Of a DNA stretch of 64,000 nt, positions 59,428 through 64,000 are shown in pieces. The stretch comes from an uncultured Gammaproteobacteria bacterium (lineage in GTDB: Bacteria; Patescibacteriota; Microgenomatia; Daviesbacterales; UBA10151): NCBI GenBank assembly GCA_964500725.1, contig CAZCNP010000002.1, forward strand, positions 69,347 through 133,346, written 5' to 3'. The position numbers and the translations under genes were made by a program. Numbering within the stretch: position 1 is the first letter of the stretch; each line of letters begins with the position of its first letter. Below the pieces are notes generated by a model that did not search any database, was not told the origin of the DNA, and saw only the letters and a list, made by a program, of their open reading frames with translations.

Positions 59428-62139
59428 GTGTTTTTAAAGAACAAAGTTTGGTTTCGGGATTTAGTATTTATCAGCATTATCTCACTTGTTATTACAACTA
59501 TATGGTTTCGTCATGGTGTTTTGTACGGAGGAGGAGAATCAGGGTTATATTTCAACGATTTAAATTTAACTTTGAAGAATTCTTTCTCAGTTTGGCTTGA
59601 TAGTTATGTCGGCGTTCCATCACTTTATCAAATTATTAATATACCATTTTATTTTTTTTCTTATCTACTTTTTATTCTCAAAATTCCAGGTTGGTTAATT
59701 CAAGCATTTATAAATTTCATTTTACTTAGTACAGGAATGATTTCGATGTATTTCCTTCTTCAAAAAACGCTTTCGAAAAATAATTGTTATAGTGGAGGTG
59801 CGCTTTTTGGAGCCCTTTTTTATTTATTCAATCTTTATTCAATGAGCCAAATCTGGAGCAGAGGGCTTTATCAGCAGTTTATTCCGTTTGCTTCTTTTCC
59901 GTTAATGTTTTTGCTGGCATATCTGGCATTAGAAAAGCTGCAGACTGTTTATATTTTAATTTTACTTATAGCATCATTTATTTTTTCTGCTGGATATACT
60001 CCAGCAAATGTACTGTCTTTTTGGATAATGATAGGGATAGAGTTTTTATATTTTTTTTGGTTTTATAGAAAGAAGTTTAATTATCTTTTGAAGAGTGCTA
60101 TTTTATTTTTTGTTCTTGTATTTGGATGGATAGGGATTCATTCCTCCTGGATTGTTGGATATTTTCTATTTGCAAATAATCTATATTTATCAAACCCATC
60201 TGTTAGAAACGAAGGATTAGGTACGCTTTTGACGATAAGTAGATACTCGCCTTTAACCTCTGTTCTTCGTCTTGTTCAGGATTATTACTTTAATAGTAAT
60301 TTACTTTATGGAGACTTTTATCCCTCTTCATTCTTCAAGATAACTAGTTGGATTACTCCGATATTGTTTTTATTCAGTCTCTCAGCAGTGAAACGAGCCG
60401 AAAAGATGTATTTGTGGATGATTTTATTATTTGTCGCTTTATTTATTTGTTTAGGTGCAAGTTTGCCATTAGGATTTATATTTGTGTGGTTTTTTCAAAT
60501 TTTCCCAATTTTAGAATTATTTAGAAATCCTTATGAAAAATTTGGAATTGTTTTATTAATATCTTATACACCTTTTATTGCTCTTGGGTACTTAAAATTA
60601 TCAGAATTTTTGAAGCTTAGGTTTAGAATGTTTCAATCTTTCTTCAAAACTATTATCATTTTCATAATTTTTTTTCTGCTGGTTTGGCCAATGTGGACAG
60701 GACTTGTTATAACTACAAAGGATAATCGTAATTTTGTCAATATTCCATCCTACTATCAAGAGTTAAAGGATTGGATGGAGAAGCATAATAAAATTAATAA
60801 TCGGATTGCCATGTTGCCCTTTTTGCCTGGTGAAGGAGTAACTTTGGAATGGAATGGAAGAATTTATTCTGGTATTGATCCAAGTATAAATATCTTGGAT
60901 TATTCTATTATTTCTTGGGTGCAGAATTACCCTTATATAGAACCGCTACTAAAGGAGGTTTATAAAGATATAAATAAAATAGATATAACTTCAATATTTG
61001 GATTGCTTAGAGCAAAATACTTAGTTATTAGGGATGATGTTTTAGAGGTAAATAAAAGAGATTTGCAACAGGAAGAAAGTTTGTTGCATGCTGTTTATGC
61101 GCCTCAAGCCATCAATGAACAGATGCCTGTCATCTGTCCGAACCAAGCATCGACTTTATATACAGAAAACCATTTAATTTTTATTTGTCAGATTCCTGTC
61201 AACCTTTCTGATTGGAGGAGATATCATTATCTGCATTTACTTGTTAAAACAGATAAACCTGCAGCTTTAGATATAGCTCTAAGAGATCAAAATAATGAAA
61301 GACCTAGGTGGGATGGGACTACTAATCCTGATTTTAGAACATATTCTTCTAACTTAACTAATTTATTTTTGGATTTGGATCTATATATATACTCAGATGA
61401 GAAATTTAATCCATCCGTAGTTAAATCATTGGAAATTTATGGTTATTCGAATCCTGAGATTAAAGATTCATTGTTGCCTACAAAAGTGGAAGTAATAGCG
61501 GGACATCTTGACTCTGGCAAAAAGACAGATGTAGATAATTATAATTTCATTAAGCAGTTCGGAAGATTAAGATTATACCAATTGAAAAAATACCAAGATT
61601 TTCCCGATATAACTACTTTAGCAGACCTTTTTATGGTAGATAATTTTTCGCAAATGTTCAAAGTAGCAGCTAATCTATCCGTGATAGATGGATCTAGAGG
61701 TTATATGCTTAGATCGCAAAATGACAAGTTTACTCCATTGACAAGCTTTTCTAGGTATGCGTCAAAGTCTGTAACCGAGCTTTCCTCAACAAAATATTTA
61801 GTTAATCTGGAAAGTAAGGAAAATTATTATTTGGCTTTGCACAAAACTTTTAATACTTTATGGAAAGTTATACCAAATGTTTCAGAGGGTGATTTAAAAG
61901 GTGGCTTTATTAATAATATACGCCTTATACAAAAACAAACTCTATCAGAAAAAAACCATTTTATAGTAAATGGTTATGCCAATGGCTGGAAGCTTGACCA
62001 GCAAAGCAATGAATATGCTGTAGTATTTATTCCTCAAATTATTACAGAGATATTGATTTACGTTTCCGTGGTATTTCTTTTATTCATATTATTTCTCCTA
62101 TTTTGTCTGTTAAAAATTAACAAAGTTAAATCTAAGTAA
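59428..62139 (+). CDS. Large GT-C-like membrane protein (AftD/YfhO-like architecture) with an extracellular CBM-like insert
   Basis: About 12 N-terminal TMs with ALFYLFN and FRNPYEKF, then IPSYY, a soluble region, F...W, H..VNGYANGW and a terminal TM. Confidence 0.68.
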   Translation: MFLKNKVWFRDLVFISIISLVITTIWFRHGVLYGGGESGLYFNDLNLTLKNSFSVWLDSYVGVPSLYQIINIPFYFFSYLLFILKIPGWLIQAFINFILLSTGMISMYFLLQKTLSKNNCYSGGALFGALFYLFNLYSMSQIWSRGLYQQFIPFASFPLMFLLAYLALEKLQTVYILILLIASFIFSAGYTPANVLSFWIMIGIEFLYFFWFYRKKFNYLLKSAILFFVLVFGWIGIHSSWIVGYFLFANNLYLSNPSVRNEGLGTLLTISRYSPLTSVLRLVQDYYFNSNLLYGDFYPSSFFKITSWITPILFLFSLSAVKRAEKMYLWMILLFVALFICLGASLPLGFIFVWFFQIFPILELFRNPYEKFGIVLLISYTPFIALGYLKLSEFLKLRFRMFQSFFKTIIIFIIFFLLVWPMWTGLVITTKDNRNFVNIPSYYQELKDWMEKHNKINNRIAMLPFLPGEGVTLEWNGRIYSGIDPSINILDYSIISWVQNYPYIEPLLKEVYKDINKIDITSIFGLLRAKYLVIRDDVLEVNKRDLQQEESLLHAVYAPQAINEQMPVICPNQASTLYTENHLIFICQIPVNLSDWRRYHYLHLLVKTDKPAALDIALRDQNNERPRWDGTTNPDFRTYSSNLTNLFLDLDLYIYSDEKFNPSVVKSLEIYGYSNPEIKDSLLPTKVEVIAGHLDSGKKTDVDNYNFIKQFGRLRLYQLKKYQDFPDITTLADLFMVDNFSQMFKVAANLSVIDGSRGYMLRSQNDKFTPLTSFSRYASKSVTELSSTKYLVNLESKENYYLALHKTFNTLWKVIPNVSEGDLKGGFINNIRLIQKQTLSEKNHFIVNGYANGWKLDQQSNEYAVVFIPQIITEILIYVSVVFLLFILFLLFCLLKINKVKSK

Positions 62140-62156
62140 ATATTTATTTTCTAAGC

Positions 62157-62171
62157 TGATAGAATATACTT
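62157..62171 (+). promoter_or_regulatory. Extended -10 promoter, leaderless
   Basis: TGaTAGAAT (62157-62165), then 6 nt to ATG 62172. Confidence 0.55.
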
Positions 62172-63380
62172 ATGAAAGATTCTAAGCTTCATTTTTATTT
62201 CTTAGCTCTTGCAGCCAGGGGTAAGGGTTTGTCAGGGAGTGACCGAATTTTTATTGAGCTTTCTAAACGATGGTCGAAAGAAAACCCTGTTGAAATATTT
62301 GTTTGGCAAGAAGGGTTCCAGATGTGCCATAGGCAAGGGTTGGATAAGAGTAGGGTAAAGTTTAATATTGTTTCTTTAAGCAGCTGGGAGAAACATAACT
62401 TTGTTATAAACTACGTCTCGCTTATTATAAAAGGTATTTGGTTGGCATTTAAATTAGATCTAAAAAATGATAAATTTACTATTATTTATTCAGCATCTGA
62501 TTTCTGGATGGATTGTATACCTGGCTGGATATTAAAATGTAGATTTCCTAAAATAAATTGGATTGGAAGCTGGTATTTAACTGCCTCCAATCCAAGGAAG
62601 GGTTTTATAGAGGATCATACGCTAATCAAGAATCCTCAAATTAGTCCTTTTCTCTATTGGTTATCACAAAAACTTGCTTATAATTTAGTCAAAAGAAAGT
62701 CAGATTTTGTCTTTGTTACTAGTGAACCAGATAAATTAAAATTTCCTAATCAACTTAAAGATAAAAGAGCTTTAGCAATAAAGGGAGGTGTGGATTTAGA
62801 AGCCATTAACTTTTGGCAAAAGGAGTTTAAAGGATTACCTAAGATTTATGATGCTGTTTTTCAAGGTAGGTTTCACCCCCAGAAAGGCGTAGTGAAACTT
62901 GTTGATATCTGGAAGATAGTTGTTAATAAGAAACATGATGCTAAATTAATAATGATAGGAGATGGACCTTTAATGCAGAAGGTGCAAAATAAAATCAGTA
63001 AGCTTAAATTGGAAAATAACGTTACTTTAGTGGGATATAAATATGATGGAGAGAAAAAATATAAGATTTTCCATCAAACTAAAATAGTTGTTCATCCGGC
63101 AATTTATGATTCCGGCGGTATGGCTGCAGCGGAAGCAATGGCTTGGGGTTTGCCAGGGGTTAGTTTTAATCTGGAAGCGTTAAAAACATATTATCCAAAG
63201 GGTGTACTTAAGGCTTCTCTGGGAGATGAAAAGGAATTTGCAAAGTTAGTAATTGAGTTGTTGGATAATCCGAAACTTTATCAAAAAATAGCTACAGAAG
63301 CAAAAGATTTAATATTGGGGAACTGGGATTGGAATAAAAGGGCAAGGGAAATTGTTGCATTAATCAAAAATAATCTCTAG
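62172..63380 (+). CDS. GT4 glycosyltransferase
   Basis: SGSDRI, GGVD, GRFHPQKG, IGDGP, YDSGGMAAAEAMA.GLP. Confidence 0.87.
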   Translation: MKDSKLHFYFLALAARGKGLSGSDRIFIELSKRWSKENPVEIFVWQEGFQMCHRQGLDKSRVKFNIVSLSSWEKHNFVINYVSLIIKGIWLAFKLDLKNDKFTIIYSASDFWMDCIPGWILKCRFPKINWIGSWYLTASNPRKGFIEDHTLIKNPQISPFLYWLSQKLAYNLVKRKSDFVFVTSEPDKLKFPNQLKDKRALAIKGGVDLEAINFWQKEFKGLPKIYDAVFQGRFHPQKGVVKLVDIWKIVVNKKHDAKLIMIGDGPLMQKVQNKISKLKLENNVTLVGYKYDGEKKYKIFHQTKIVVHPAIYDSGGMAAAEAMAWGLPGVSFNLEALKTYYPKGVLKASLGDEKEFAKLVIELLDNPKLYQKIATEAKDLILGNWDWNKRAREIVALIKNNL

Positions 63381-63391
63381 AATAGGCAACT

Positions 63392-64000
63392 ATGTTAGAA
63401 GAAAAGGGAGCAATGATTCCTAATCTAAGCCTTCCAACAATAGAGGATGTAATAGCTGAAGCGTATAGTGATAGGCAGAACAAAGGGGATTTACTTGATC
63501 GGATAGGTGAAGAGGAGGCAAGAAAGTTTATTGGGAAGTGTATATCAATGATTGGAAACTTCGAAGAGGTTAGTGACTATTCTGCTCAAGAGAGATTGTT
63601 GCCTAAAGATGCAGAAGAGGCAAATAAGATAAAAATTATTTGGGTATTATCTGGCCCAGGGTATTACGGTCAGCCGTTTAAAGATGATCGGTATAAAGAT
63701 AAACCGTGGGCTAGATGGATGGATAGAAATAGGGCGCATAGAGGAGTCTGGTTAGCTCGTCGTCTAACTGAACTAAAGATTGGTCAAAAGTTACCAAATG
63801 ATCCTGGTGTAATAAAACAGGCTATATTACAAGATGGCCCCTATATTATTTACAATGGAAGAAATGATGAAAATCGGGAAATGCGTAGAGCTTTAACTGA
63901 TGAAAAAGCTCTCATCCCGCCTGAGAAGGTATTTATTATGGATGAAGGCATCGATAATACAGTTGATCAAGTGACAGGATTTCGATTACCGCTAGGAACC
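63392..64000 (+). CDS. Hypothetical protein, partial; possibly YdcF/DUF218-like fold
   Basis: Manual translation from ATG 63392 stays open to the edge: ...IIWVLSGPG...MDRNR...LARRL...YIIYNG...ENREMRRAL...IPPEKVFI...NTVDQ. TAGAAT lies 8 nt upstream. Confidence 0.65.
   Translation, partial: MLEEKGAMIPNLSLPTIEDVIAEAYSDRQNKGDLLDRIGEEEARKFIGKCISMIGNFEEVSDYSAQERLLPKDAEEANKIKIIWVLSGPGYYGQPFKDDRYKDKPWARWMDRNRAHRGVWLARRLTELKIGQKLPNDPGVIKQAILQDGPYIIYNGRNDENREMRRALTDEKALIPPEKVFIMDEGIDNTVDQVTGFRLPLGT

Noticed and set aside
1-64000. CRISPR arrays, tRNA/rRNA genes, IS elements, integrases, intrinsic terminators, alternative genetic code
   Set aside because: Intergenic gaps are nearly all under about 120 bp, with no repeat-spacer pattern, cloverleaf or strong GC hairpin with U-tract seen. 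No transposase or integrase motifs are present. TGA acts as a stop and RF2 is present.

Overview
AT-rich, gene-dense bacterial window in genetic code 11 (TGA stops are used and RF2 is present). Gene style suggests Patescibacteria/CPR, probably Microgenomates: minimal TsaB, few Shine-Dalgarno sites, overlapping start/stop codons. This taxonomy is an inference. The window opens with a short housekeeping block (a hypothetical gene, prfB, mini-tsaB, a CAP-domain protein and an unlisted 51-aa membrane protein). About 60 kb (2874-63380) is then one continuous cell-surface glycosylation locus. It encodes rmlABCD and gmd, about 20 polytopic GT-C-like membrane proteins in at least six sequence subfamilies, 10 GT2 domains (five resembling polyprenol-phosphate sugar synthases) and 5 GT4 domains. 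It also has a GtrA domain, two Wzx-like flippases, a NodU/CmcH carbamoyltransferase, a GT4-methyltransferase fusion and a divergent UDP-GlcNAc 2-epimerase. The most striking feature is the size and paralog structure of the GT-C set, with several fusions: GT2-GT-C, GT2-GtrA, hydrolase/deacetylase-like-GT-C, and GT-C with a CBM-like insert. Many transcription units appear leaderless. No rRNA, tRNA, CRISPR array or mobile element was seen. All family assignments come from motifs read by eye, not from database searches.
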